64,000 bases of DNA from an uncultured Candidatus Binatia bacterium (GTDB lineage: Bacteria; Desulfobacterota; Binatia; UBA9968; JAJDTQ01), in assembly GCA_965242525.1 (NCBI GenBank), contig OZ251459.1, positions 3,232,001-3,296,000 on the forward strand. The letters run 5' to 3'. A model generated the notes under the pieces. It was not told the DNA's origin, did no database searches, and saw only the letters and a list, made by a program, of their open reading frames with translations. Below, one piece after another: positions 1 through 16,621 of the stretch. Positions within the stretch are counted from its first letter, which is position 1; each line of letters starts with the position of its first letter. The position numbers and the translations under genes are program-made.

Positions 1-164
1 AGGACCACCTCCGGGAACCCCTGCCGCAAGGCCCGATGGTGATCCACCTTGGCGAAACCGAGGTCCTCGAAGGGCAGGTGCTGCAACCGCTTCAGGGCCT
101 GCTCCACCGTGACCGCGCCGCGTCGGACCTCTTCCAGGAGTTGCGCGAGCTTCTCCTCGTCCAT
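1..164 (-). CDS. larB: Nickel pincer cofactor biosynthesis protein LarB (5' part; runs off the window)
   Basis: Manual translation from ATG at 164: [54 protein letters not shown], the typical LarB N-terminus. Confidence 0.85.
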   Translation of the reverse strand, partial: MDEEKLAQLLEEVRRGAVTVEQALKRLQHLPFEDLGFAKVDHHRALRQGFPEVV

Positions 165-166
165 GG

Positions 167-1309
167 TCACCGCCTGCCGGAGGCCTCGGGCATGGCCCGC
201 GCCTTCACGCGCCCCTCGAGGAACCTCCGGTCCATGGGGACGGAGGGCATGGGCGGGTCCTTCGCCCCCGCTTGGCTGCGCTCGGGACGAACCGGACGGG
301 AGGGTGCGGCCCGGGCGTCCGGGGGTTGCCTGAAGTGGTCATAGCCCGCCGCCGCGAGCGGGATCCGTTCGCCCCGGGGGTCCACCAGCACAAGGCCGCG
401 CTTCCTGGGCACGCACTCCCCGATGCGGGTGATGGGGACGCCGGTGCGCCGGGCCACGCCCTCCACTCCCTCGCGCGCGCCGCTGGCCGCGGTGAAGAGC
501 AGTTCGTAGTCCTCGCCCCCGGCCAGCGCGCAGGCCGCGTCCCGGGGCTCCGCGACCCGGACGAAAGCGGGCGACAGGGGCACGCGCTGCTGGCGCACCA
601 CCGCGCCGATGCCGCTGGCCCGGCAGAGGTGTCCCAGGTCCTGGGCGAGGCCGTCGCTCACGTCCATCATGGCCCGGGCCAGCCCTTCCCTGGCCAGTTG
701 CATGCCGGTCTCCACCCGCGCCGTGGGTCGGTGGTGCCGCCGGACCAGGTAGTTCCGGTCCCTTGCCGACACCCCGGGCCGGGGCTCGGAAAGCAGCGAC
801 AGGCCCAGGGCCGAGTCCCCCAGGGCGCCGGTCACGTAGATGTCATCCCCCACCTCGGCGCCGGACCGGGTGACCGCGCCGTAGGGCGCGTACCCGGCCA
901 GGAACACGTCGATGACGAGGCGGTCCGCGGCGCAGGTGTCGCCTCCCACCAGCGCCACCCGGTGCTCGGCGGCGAGGGCGTGGACGCCGCGGACCAGCGC
1001 GGCCGCCCGCCGGGCGTCCATGTCGGGCAGGGCCAGCGACAGCAGGAAATAGGCAGGCCGGCCGCCCATGGCGGCGATGTCGCTGAGGCTTGCGGTCAGG
1101 GACTTGCGTCCGAGGTCCGGCATCGAGATCCGGTCCGGGTCGAAGTGGACCCCTTCGACGAGCAGGTCCGAGGTGAACAGGAGGGAGTCCTCCGCGGTGG
1201 AGACCCAGGCGGCGTCGTCGCCGATCCCCAGCCGTACTCCGGTCCCGGGGGGCGTCTTCCTCCGGATCAGGTCGATGAGCCCGAACTCTCCCAGGTCCCG
1301 AAGTTTCAT
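167..1309 (-). CDS. thiL: Thiamine-monophosphate kinase with a repeat-derived C-terminal extension
   Basis: Distal part of ORF 167..3892: [53 protein letters not shown]. Confidence 0.95.
   Translation of the reverse strand: MKLRDLGEFGLIDLIRRKTPPGTGVRLGIGDDAAWVSTAEDSLLFTSDLLVEGVHFDPDRISMPDLGRKSLTASLSDIAAMGGRPAYFLLSLALPDMDARRAAALVRGVHALAAEHRVALVGGDTCAADRLVIDVFLAGYAPYGAVTRSGAEVGDDIYVTGALGDSALGLSLLSEPRPGVSARDRNYLVRRHHRPTARVETGMQLAREGLARAMMDVSDGLAQDLGHLCRASGIGAVVRQQRVPLSPAFVRVAEPRDAACALAGGEDYELLFTAASGAREGVEGVARRTGVPITRIGECVPRKRGLVLVDPRGERIPLAAAGYDHFRQPPDARAAPSRPVRPERSQAGAKDPPMPSVPMDRRFLEGRVKARAMPEASGRR
220..330. mobile_element. Degenerate copy of the family-A REP-carrying MITE inside the thiL 3' end
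   Basis: gtccttcgcccccgcttggctgcgctcgggacgaaccgg (about 257-295) resembles the family-A repeat. It is flanked by TIR-like ggaacctccgg (220) and ccgggggttgcc (ending 330). Confidence 0.6.
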
Positions 1310-1356
1310 GGGCGTATCAGAACCGGCCCGCGGGTCCGGCTCGGCGCGCGGGCGGC

Positions 1357-3837
<2,481 letters not shown>

Positions 3838-3905
3838 TCGTTACCCTTGCGACCTGGCTGGCCCGGCGGGAGGCTCCGCCGGTGCGCCGCAAAGCGGCGC
3901 GCAGG

Positions 3906-5021
3906 TCAGTCGAACAGTTCCTTTACCTTCTCGAAGAACCCTTTGGCAATAGGCTGGGCTTCCTCGCCGCCTTCTTCGGCGAACTCCTTGAGCAGCCGCT
4001 TCTGGCGCGCGTTGAGCCGTGTGGGGGTCTCCACCAGCACGCGCACGTGCTCGTCGCCCCGGCGCCCCCCGTGCACGTCCCTGATGCCCTTGCCCTTCAG
4101 CCGGAAGACCGCGTTGGATTGCGTGCCGGCGGGGATCTTCATCTTCACCCTCCCCTCCAGCGTGGGCACCTCGATCTCGGCCCCGAGGGTGGCGTTGACG
4201 AAGCTGACGGGCATCTCGCAGATCACGTCCGAGCCGTCCCGGGCGAAGATGGCGTGGTCCTGGACGATGATGACCACGTACAGGTCCCCGGGCGGGCCGC
4301 CCCGGGCGCCGTTCTCGCCCTCGCCCCGCAGCTTCAGCCGGGAGCCGGTATCGACGCCTGCCGGGATCTTGACGTTGATGGTGTGGAACTTCCGTGACAG
4401 CCCCGCTCCGTTGCACGACCGGCAGGGGTGGGCGATGATCCGGCCCTGGCCGCCGCACTGGTTGCAGGTCCGGGACACGGTGAAGAAGCCCTGCTGGAAG
4501 GCGGTCTGGCCGGAGCCCTTGCAGGCGGGGCAGGTCTGCGGCGACGTCCCCTTTTCGGCGCCAGCGCCCTCGCACTCCTCGCAGGGTCCGTGGCGCGGGA
4601 TCTTGATCTTCTTCTCGACGCCGAAGGCGGCCTGCTCGAAGCTGATCTCCAGGTTGTAGCGCAGGTCCTCGCCCCGCTGGGCCCGGGCCCTGCCTCGGCC
4701 CCGGGCGGCGCCTCCGAAGAACTCCCCGAAGATGTCGCCGAATATGTCCTCGAAGCCGTGGGAGAAGTCGAACCCCCCCGCGAACGGGCCGGTCTCCCCG
4801 AAGGCGGCGTGGCCGAACTGGTCGTACTTGGCCCGTTTCTCCGGGTCGGCGAGCACCTGGTAGGCTTCGGACAACTCCTTGAACTTCTCCTCCGCCTGCT
4901 TGTCCCCCGGGTTCCGGTCGGGATGGTATTGCAGCGCCAGCTTGCGGTACGCCTTCTTGATCTCGTCCTCGCCGGCGTTGCGGCTCAAGCCGAGGACTTC
5001 GTAGTAGTCCTTCTTGTCCAA
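3906..5021 (-). CDS. dnaJ: Chaperone DnaJ
   Basis: J-domain HPD, G/F region, four CxxCxGxG repeats. Confidence 0.98.
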   Translation of the reverse strand: MDKKDYYEVLGLSRNAGEDEIKKAYRKLALQYHPDRNPGDKQAEEKFKELSEAYQVLADPEKRAKYDQFGHAAFGETGPFAGGFDFSHGFEDIFGDIFGEFFGGAARGRGRARAQRGEDLRYNLEISFEQAAFGVEKKIKIPRHGPCEECEGAGAEKGTSPQTCPACKGSGQTAFQQGFFTVSRTCNQCGGQGRIIAHPCRSCNGAGLSRKFHTINVKIPAGVDTGSRLKLRGEGENGARGGPPGDLYVVIIVQDHAIFARDGSDVICEMPVSFVNATLGAEIEVPTLEGRVKMKIPAGTQSNAVFRLKGKGIRDVHGGRRGDEHVRVLVETPTRLNARQKRLLKEFAEEGGEEAQPIAKGFFEKVKELFD

Positions 5022-5030
5022 TGGCGGGTC

Positions 5031-6950
<1,920 letters not shown>

Positions 6951-6980
6951 CTCGTGGTCTCCTTGTCGTTTTTCACTTTC

Positions 6981-7116
6981 GGAAGCTCCGAACGATTCCG
7001 GGTTGAACCCATCTTCCCGCGGGAAAGCGCGTCCTTCGGCTTCGCTACGCTCAGGATGAATGGGGATCCCGCTTCGCCACGCTCAGGACGAACGGGAACA
7101 ACCGTTCCGGGTTTCC
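6981..7116. repeat. Family-A REP/MITE remnant between grpE and dnaK (two hairpin units)
   Basis: cgtccttcggcttcgctacgctcaggatgaatgg and gcttcgccacgctcaggacgaacgg, with TIR-like ends ggaagctccgaac and gttccgggtttcc. Confidence 0.75.
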
Positions 7117-7234
7117 TTTCGTGTGAATCTGGACCCTGTAACATTCACTCTGTCAGCAGGGATACAGCGCGAGACATGTTTGCCGTGCATGATGGGGTCT
7201 TCCACGCCAGCGACTTGGTCACCGTTACAGGATA

Positions 7235-7885
7235 CTAGTCATCGGGCGGGTCGCCTTCGACCGCGCCGTCTTGCCGCAAGGTCGCGGACTTGGCGACGCT
7301 CACGAGGGACGCGCGCAGCAGCCGGTCCGCCAGGTAGTAACCGCGGCGAACCTCGTCCATGACCATGTTGGCTTCGTACTCGTCGGTCTCGACATGCGCG
7401 TAGGCCTCGTGCTTTTCCGGGTCGAAGGGCTGTCCCTTGGCCGTGACCCGGGTCACGCCGTGCTTCTGGAGCGCTTCGAGGCAGCCCTTGAGCACCAGCT
7501 CGATGCCGTCCCGCAGCGCCCCCGCGTCGCCCTCGCCCCGGGCGTGCTCTACCGCCCGCTCCAGGTCGTCGATGACCGGCAGCAGGTCGCGCACCAGCGC
7601 CTCGTTGGCGTACCGTATGGCGTCCTGCTTCTCGCGGGCGACGCGCTTCTTGTAGTTCTCCGTCTCCGCGGCTTCCCGCAGCATCTGGTCGTAGTTGCGT
7701 CGGGCTTCCTCCCTCGCCGCCTCCAACTCCACCCTCAGCCCCTCGACCTCCGACGGCTCCGGGGCAGGGTCCCGCCCCTCCCCCTGCTCCGGTTCGGGGA
7801 CCTCCGGCGGAGTCGCCGCGGCCTCGTCCCGTGGAGCCTCCTCCTGCGGAGCCTCGTTCTCCGGATCTCTGGTCTCTTCCGCCAT
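7235..7885 (-). CDS. grpE: Nucleotide exchange factor GrpE
   Basis: AETENYKKR, LLPVIDDLERA, FDPEKHEA, GYYLADRLLRASLVSV; lies directly upstream of dnaK. Confidence 0.97.
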   Translation of the reverse strand: MAEETRDPENEAPQEEAPRDEAAATPPEVPEPEQGEGRDPAPEPSEVEGLRVELEAAREEARRNYDQMLREAAETENYKKRVAREKQDAIRYANEALVRDLLPVIDDLERAVEHARGEGDAGALRDGIELVLKGCLEALQKHGVTRVTAKGQPFDPEKHEAYAHVETDEYEANMVMDEVRRGYYLADRLLRASLVSVAKSATLRQDGAVEGDPPDD

Positions 7886-7914
7886 CCCCTCGTCTCACCC
7901 CAAACGGTCGAGGA

Positions 7915-7943
7915 AAGCTAATCATCGCCCCTTGCCTTGTCAA
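7915..7943 (-). promoter_or_regulatory. Sigma70-type promoter for grpE-dnaK-dnaJ
   Basis: Minus strand TTGACA-N17-TAGCTT, about 30 nt upstream of the grpE start. Confidence 0.6.
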
Positions 7944-8036
7944 GGTAGGCAAAACCGCCGAAACCGGGACCCTCCCACGCCCGGAAAGCGGGCCGACAGC
8001 GGGTTGAGGAAAAGGACTTTCCGGGAGGATTTTCCT

Positions 8037-8110
8037 GGGAACGCGGGCATCCTGCCCGCATTCCGCGGTCGCAGCCCTTGCCTGCGTGCGGGCAAGCTCC
8101 CCGTTCTCTC
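8037..8110. repeat. REP-like doublet of a third family (GCGGGCATCCTGCCCGC type)
   Basis: gggaacgcgggcatcctgcccgc followed by a degenerate inverted partner gcgggcaagctccccgttc. Confidence 0.5.
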
Positions 8111-8140
8111 AGGGTTCAGGACCGTTGCGGAGAGCGTGGT

Positions 8141-9034
8141 TCAACCGGTCCCCGTCTTGCCGAGAGGCTCCAGCTTGTTCCGCAACTCTCGTTCGAAGGT
8201 CTCGCGTTGAACCGTGGCCGCGGCAAGCAGTTTTTCACAGGTCTGCTCCAGTGTGAGTACTTCCCAGTGCCCTCGTGAGAGTCGATATTGCCCCTCGAAA
8301 CTGCACGTAAGTTCAGGAACCAACCAGATGACGTCGCCTTCGTTGAGATCCTGGCTGGGGGCAAGACTGGGACCGCCGATGGACTCGAAGAACGGTCGGT
8401 CAACCGCAACGGCTATCTTCGATCCCCAGCGCCGGAGAGTAGGAACCTTGATCTGCAACTGCGGCATAAGGCGTTTTGCGCTCGAAGAGCGCCAATCTGG
8501 ACGGCGGACCGCATCGGGAAAAGGCGGTGTTGGTTGATCGTCATTCCGCAGGTTCGTGAACTCGGATTGCATGGAGCTGCCCGAGAAGTAAACGGCCTGG
8601 ATTTCCAACCCGTACCACCTGACCTCACCATCGGAAGCCTTCGCGACGACAAGGTCGATTTTCCCTGCCGGTTTTCCCGTGCTTGTCCCCTGCATGAACG
8701 GCACCTCACGGGCTACCTTTGCCTCCTCCGGCCTGAACCCGACGATTTCCGCAAGCCAGCGTACCAACAACTCCGATTCTTCGAACCTGGCCGGACAAAC
8801 TATGGCGGGGTCACCTTCGGGCGGACCGAGGCGTCCGTTGTCACCCTGCTCGTAACGATGGAGAGAGCAGACGCCCCCGGGCTTCCGGCACGGTGGCCGG
8901 GACTTCTGGAACGGACACGGCAGGGCGCCGCGGCCTCTTCGTAGCGCAGATTCCGCCGACCGACGACGCTCGTTTACGGAAAGACCGAGAAGTGGTCTCC
9001 CGTACCATTCCGCAATGCCGTAACGAGCGGTCAA
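8141..9034 (-). CDS. NotI-family restriction endonuclease
   Basis: IAEWYG, Cys4 cluster (CPF...C.K.GGVCS...CPARF), LEIQAVYFSG, RRPDWRSSSAKRLMPQL. Confidence 0.85.
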   Translation of the reverse strand: MTARYGIAEWYGRPLLGLSVNERRRSAESALRRGRGALPCPFQKSRPPCRKPGGVCSLHRYEQGDNGRLGPPEGDPAIVCPARFEESELLVRWLAEIVGFRPEEAKVAREVPFMQGTSTGKPAGKIDLVVAKASDGEVRWYGLEIQAVYFSGSSMQSEFTNLRNDDQPTPPFPDAVRRPDWRSSSAKRLMPQLQIKVPTLRRWGSKIAVAVDRPFFESIGGPSLAPSQDLNEGDVIWLVPELTCSFEGQYRLSRGHWEVLTLEQTCEKLLAAATVQRETFERELRNKLEPLGKTGTG

Positions 9035-9960
9035 TCGACGAACACCTCACGCGGGGTAATGACGAGTTCCGGTATGCGAGCGTGATGCGTGTTCTTCATC
9101 AAGACCTGGACGGCGTGGAAACGGTGTTTTCGGATCAAGGATTCGATCTCTTGCGCCCGGTTATAGGTCATGAGGAAGTCCGCGCCGCTGTCGGCAAGCA
9201 TTGCGAAGAGGCGGGAATGGTCCAGTTCGTTGCAGGCATAGAGTCGTTTGCCGGCTCGCTTGCCGCCCGCGGTATAAGGCGGGTCCACGAAAACAACCGA
9301 TCCAGGAACCCCCGACAGCGCCTTCAGCAGCGACTCTAGCAGCTTCATCCCCTCGGTCTCACAGAAACCGATCCGGTCCGCGTGCCGGGTGATGTCTTGC
9401 AGGCGTTTCGTGAGCGTCTCCGGATACCATCGGGACGCGACCCCCTTTCCATTCTCTCCCAGGCGGCTCAAGGACGCGCCTTCCGCGAGGATGCCGCCTC
9501 GGCGCGTGCGGTTCAACACGAGCGTGCGGAAGCCGTGGTCGACTACGTTTTGCGGACGTCTGCGCGATAGCCCGTTTACCGCCTCTCGCGTGGGATCGAA
9601 GACCGCGACCTTCTCGCGCAGTTGAGGGCCGTGGTTCAGCGCCGCATGCCAGAAGGCCGCTACGTCGTGGTCCAGTTCGGCCATGAGGCACCGCTCCGCC
9701 AACCCTTCCATGACCGCGGTCAGGGAAACGATCCCGCCGCCGCCGAATGGCTCGATCAGGAGACCGGGGCGAGGGTTGACGTCCTCGAGCCAGAGACGGA
9801 TATGGGGGATCAGCCACGTCTTCCCTCCCGGATAGCGCAAGGGACTGCGCTGCGGCACCGCGGCGACGTTCACCGCCGGAATCGGCGATACCCTGATGGG
9901 GTCCGGTCTCAGCAACCCGGCCATCGTGGTTTGCTTCGGTGTCCGTGTCTGGTTTCCCAT
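9031..9960 (-). CDS. Dam/D12-class N6-adenine DNA methyltransferase
   Basis: SPLRYPGGKTWL, EPFGGGG, FVDPPY; 4-nt overlap with the NotI-like gene. Confidence 0.9.
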   Translation of the reverse strand: MGNQTRTPKQTTMAGLLRPDPIRVSPIPAVNVAAVPQRSPLRYPGGKTWLIPHIRLWLEDVNPRPGLLIEPFGGGGIVSLTAVMEGLAERCLMAELDHDVAAFWHAALNHGPQLREKVAVFDPTREAVNGLSRRRPQNVVDHGFRTLVLNRTRRGGILAEGASLSRLGENGKGVASRWYPETLTKRLQDITRHADRIGFCETEGMKLLESLLKALSGVPGSVVFVDPPYTAGGKRAGKRLYACNELDHSRLFAMLADSGADFLMTYNRAQEIESLIRKHRFHAVQVLMKNTHHARIPELVITPREVFVD

Positions 9961-10122
9961 GGCCGTTCAGCGGTCGCTATTTCCTTGGCCGGCGGGAAAC
10001 GGACGATGGTCGGGACGCTGTGGAGCGTCGTCATCGGTTTCATGGCGCCCATTGTTACCGAGCGCGGCCCGGTGTGCAAGCCTGATGGCGCTCAGGCGTG
10101 GCAAATGCATGGGTCGAGGTTA

Positions 10123-10138
10123 AGCAAATCCGGTGCCA
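10123..10138 (-). promoter_or_regulatory. Putative sigma54 (-24/-12) promoter facing the MTase-REase operon
   Basis: Minus strand TGGCAC-CGGAT-TTGCT, an exact consensus match, intergenic. Confidence 0.5.
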
Positions 10139-10228
10139 TCTGTCTTCAAGGCGCGCCACGGGTTCTTCATGGTATAGCTGATGGCATATTGGCTGGATGG
10201 GTCCTGTGCGAAGGGGAAAGTGGGCCGC

Positions 10229-10495
10229 TCATGCCCGGCAGCCTGTGATGGCGTTCACTGAGTGTACGAAAGCAAGCAAAACCTGCTCGTCCGGCAGATC
10301 GTTGTAGATGGGGAAATCAGCCGGAAAGGCACCTGGATGGCCCTGCGAACCGCACCGGACCACATTCAAGTAACGACGGGTTCCCGCCCAATCCTTCTCT
10401 CGGGTCCTGTGCTGCACCCATGCACGCTTGTATATGCCTTCAGCTTGTTCCCATTCAATATATGGCTGCCCGTAGTTGTCTTCCTCTATCTTCAT
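10229..10495 (-). CDS. Small hypothetical protein (88 aa)
   Basis: GAAGGAGG RBS before ATG of MKIEEDNYGQPYIEW, within ORF 10229..10639. Confidence 0.55.
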   Translation of the reverse strand: MKIEEDNYGQPYIEWEQAEGIYKRAWVQHRTREKDWAGTRRYLNVVRCGSQGHPGAFPADFPIYNDLPDEQVLLAFVHSVNAITGCRA

Positions 10496-10735
10496 CTGAT
10501 CCTCCTTCATCTGTTCGACCGGCGGCCGGCCCAGGCCAACCGTCGCCTTGGCGAACTTCTCGGGCCAGCCGTCCCTGGAAAGGTCCGGCGCGGCGTCCCG
10601 ATCAAAATCGCGGGCCGTAGAGCGTTCGTTCCCGTTCATTGGCTTTCCTCATGCTGATGATCTGCTGCGCGCTTGGCCGCGTCGAACTCGACCGGCATAA
10701 TTCATGTTACAACATTAAGTCCCTACGGGAAAGCG

Positions 10736-10774
10736 CGTCCTTCGACTCCGCTTCGCTACGCTCAGGACGAACGG
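10736..10774. repeat. Family-A REP-like repeat
   Basis: cgtccttcgactccgcttcgctacgctcaggacgaacgg. Confidence 0.85.
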
Positions 10775-10964
10775 GGATAGGACGGGGAGCGTTCCCCCCT
10801 TTCCGTGCCGGTGTCCGGAAGCCGCGGGTTCCCCGCAACCGCCGACCCTTTGGTACGCGTGACTTTCTCGGTTCCGGGTCTTCATGTATATCTGACAGGG
10901 TATGGGCGAGACGGGTCCCGGGCGGAGGGCGCACGGTCCGCCGGCGTCGCGGGGGGCTTGAGCA

Positions 10965-11801
10965 GTGCCGAAGATACGGTCGAGCCCGGCCATCGTGCTG
11001 CGGTCCTGGGCCTACGGCGAATCGGACAAGATCGTCTCCTTCCTGACGCGGGACTTCGGCAAGGTCCGGGGCATCGCCAAGGGGGCGAAGCGGTCCCGCA
11101 GACGGTTCCTGAACGTTCTGGAGCCGTTCACCCTCGTCCAGTTGCGGTTCCAGGAGCGCCCCCACAGCCCGCTGGCGTTCATCCATGCCTGCGACTGGGT
11201 GTACGTGTTCCGGGACCTTGCCCGGACCCTGGCCAAGATCGCACACGCCTTCTATCTCGTGGAAATCACGGACGAATTGACCCGGGAGGGCGACGACAGC
11301 CTGCTGCTGTTCGACCATTTGCGAAGCGGCCTGCACTTCCTGGAGAGGGGCCGCGAATCGGTGGAGTTCCTGGTGGCGTTCGAGTTGACGTTGCTGCGGC
11401 TGGCCGGGTACCAGCCCGCACTGGACCGTTGCCAGCGCTGCGGCGACAGGCCCCCTTCGGGGGATCCCGGACGCGGCAACGGCCGGTGGGGGTTCAGCCC
11501 CCGGGACGGCGGCGTACTGTGCCGCGGCTGCTGCGGCTTCCGCCGGGAGACGGTGCCGGTGTCGCCCGAGGCGTTGGGCATCCTGACCTACTTCCAGAAG
11601 CACGGCTGGCAGGGCGGGGAGACGCCGCGGTTCTCCCTGCCCGCGCTCCGGGAGACCCGCGGCGTCATGCCCTTGTTTATCCAGTACCAGATTAGTAAGA
11701 AACTCAAGTCCGCGGCCTTCCTGGAGGGTTCGTCCCGCCGGGACCCCGGGGAGCCGCGGCCCGCATCCCGGCGGCAGACAGGAGAACCGGAACACCCATG
11801 A
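10965..11801 (+). CDS. recO: DNA repair protein RecO
   Basis: [40 protein letters not shown], zinc-binding CxxC pairs. Confidence 0.95.
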   Translation: MPKIRSSPAIVLRSWAYGESDKIVSFLTRDFGKVRGIAKGAKRSRRRFLNVLEPFTLVQLRFQERPHSPLAFIHACDWVYVFRDLARTLAKIAHAFYLVEITDELTREGDDSLLLFDHLRSGLHFLERGRESVEFLVAFELTLLRLAGYQPALDRCQRCGDRPPSGDPGRGNGRWGFSPRDGGVLCRGCCGFRRETVPVSPEALGILTYFQKHGWQGGETPRFSLPALRETRGVMPLFIQYQISKKLKSAAFLEGSSRRDPGEPRPASRRQTGEPEHP

Positions 11802-13113
11802 ACGAACGCGCGACGATGGAAAAGGTCGTCAACCTTTGCAAACGGAGGGGCTTCATCTTCCCGTCCAGCGAGATCTACGGAGGACTCGGGAGCACCTGGG
11901 ACTACGGTCCCGTGGGAGTCGAGCTCAAACGCAACGTCAAGGAGGCGTGGTGGAAGGCTGTGGTGACCGGGCGCAGCGACACCGTGGGCCTGGACGCCTC
12001 GATCCTCATGCACCCGAGGGTGTGGGAGGCGTCCGGCCACGTGGCCGGCTTCTCCGATCCGTTGGTGGAGTGCAAGGAGTGCCACCTGCGCTTCCGGGAA
12101 GACCACGTGGAGGAAGGCCGGTGCCCCGAGTGCGGCGGCGAACTCACGCAGCCGCGGCAGTTCAACCTCATGTTCAAGACCTTCATGGGTCCGGTGGAGG
12201 ATACCGCGAGCACGGTGTTCCTGAGGCCCGAGACGGCCCAGGGGATCTTCGTCAACTTCCCCAACGTGCTGGACACCGCCCGCCGGAAGGTCCCCTTCGG
12301 CATCGCGCAGATCGGCAAGAGCTTCCGCAACGAGATCACGCCCGGCAACTTCATCTTCCGCACCCGCGAGTTCGAGCAGATGGAGATCGAGTACTTCGTC
12401 AAGCCCGGGGAGGACGAGGAAGCCTTCCGGTCCTGGCAGGAGGACCGCTTCCGCTGGTACGTGGACAACGGGGTCCGCGCCGAAAACCTCCGCATCCGCC
12501 CCCACGGCAGCGACGAACTGGCGCACTACGCCAAGGCCTGCGTGGACGTGGAGTACGAGTTCCCGTTCGGCTGGTCGGAGCTCGAAGGCATCGCCAACCG
12601 CGGCGACTTCGACCTGAGGCGGCACATGGAGTATAGCGGCAAGGACATGACCTACTTCGACGAGGCCGACCGGAGCCGCTACGTCCCCTACGTCATCGAG
12701 CCCTCCGCGGGGGTCGATCGCCCGCTGCTGGCGTTCCTGGTGGACGCCTACGACGAGGAGGAAGTGGAAGGGGAGCGGCGCATCGTGCTGCGCCTCGACC
12801 CGCGGCTGGCGCCGTTCAAGGCGGGGGTCTATCCGCTGCTTCGGAAGGACGGACAGCCGGAACGGGCCCAGGAGGTCCGGGACATCCTGAAGGAGCATTT
12901 CCCCGTGGTCTATGACCAGGCCGGGTCCATCGGCCGGCGTTACCGCCGACAGGACGAGATCGGCACGCCCTACGGCGTCACGGTGGACCACGAGACCATG
13001 AAGGACCGGACGGTGACGCTGCGGGACCGCGACGCCATGACCCAGGTGAGGGTTCCTGTGGACCGTCTCGTGGACGAGATCCGCGCCCGCATGGACCCGC
13101 GCACGAGGGCGCG

Positions 13114-13117
<4 letters not shown>
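11798..13117 (+). CDS. glyQS: Glycine--tRNA ligase (homodimeric alpha2 type)
   Basis: [57 protein letters not shown]. Confidence 0.97.
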
Positions 13118-15843
<2,726 letters not shown>

Positions 15844-15877
15844 GCAACGAGTCCCTCGTCCCCAGCGAAAGAACCCG

Positions 15878-16621
15878 ATGGCCGAGTTGCAGGAAATGCC
15901 GTCGCTGCGCATTCCCCGAACGATCCTTGCCGAATGGGGCGCGAAATGGTCGGGCAGCGAGGGAAGCCCGGACAGCGTTGGCGCCCCGACGCGAAAAAAG
16001 CCAAACCGCTTCGACAAGAAGCAGGGAATGGAGTTCGGCCGCATCTTCGACCAGGCGTTTGGCGAGGCTTTGGCCGAGATGCTCGGCGGCGTCCCTGTCG
16101 TTACGCCCAACGCAAACGCCCTGACGCCAGCGAAACCGGATTGCGTGGAAGTGGGGACGACCCGGGTCATTGGCGGAATCCGGCCCCAGAACTACGACGT
16201 AGCCTACCGCCCGGATGGCCCCCGAGTCGTTTTCGACAGCAAGACGTTGAACGATGCGGGGAGCATCCGCAAGAATTGGCAGAACATGATCAACGACCTT
16301 GCCTCCGAAGCGGCAACGGTCCACACCCGCTTTCCCTTCTGCATCGTCGCGTTCATCGTCGTTTTGCCCCTGCCCGCGTTGTTTGCGGCACAGCGTCGTG
16401 CGATACTCAGTACTCTGGAGCGTCTTGGTTCGAGAAAGGACGAACTGGATCAGCACCACTTGGCCGAGGCGATTTCCCTGGTGCTCTGGAAACCGGAAGA
16501 CGGTGGAATGGATGAGACTTTGCAGGACGAGGCGCCCTCGATCCACCTGCGGGCAATGAGCGAACGTATTCATGCCGCGTATGTCGATCGATACCAACAT
16601 CTCCCGCCGCACACGACGTGA
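15878..16621 (+). CDS. Putative type II restriction endonuclease (PD-(D/E)xK fold)
   Basis: QNYDVAY...VFDSKTL catalytic-like motif; directly upstream of a DNA methyltransferase. Confidence 0.6.
   Translation: MAELQEMPSLRIPRTILAEWGAKWSGSEGSPDSVGAPTRKKPNRFDKKQGMEFGRIFDQAFGEALAEMLGGVPVVTPNANALTPAKPDCVEVGTTRVIGGIRPQNYDVAYRPDGPRVVFDSKTLNDAGSIRKNWQNMINDLASEAATVHTRFPFCIVAFIVVLPLPALFAAQRRAILSTLERLGSRKDELDQHHLAEAISLVLWKPEDGGMDETLQDEAPSIHLRAMSERIHAAYVDRYQHLPPHTT

Noticed and set aside
7135-7231. cctgtaac ... gttacagg inverted pair, a possible tiny MITE
   Set aside because: Only 8 bp, single copy in the window, no target duplication.
7886-8140. CIRCE element or hrcA upstream of grpE
   Set aside because: No TTAGCACTC-N9-GAGTGCTAA and no hrcA-like ORF seen.
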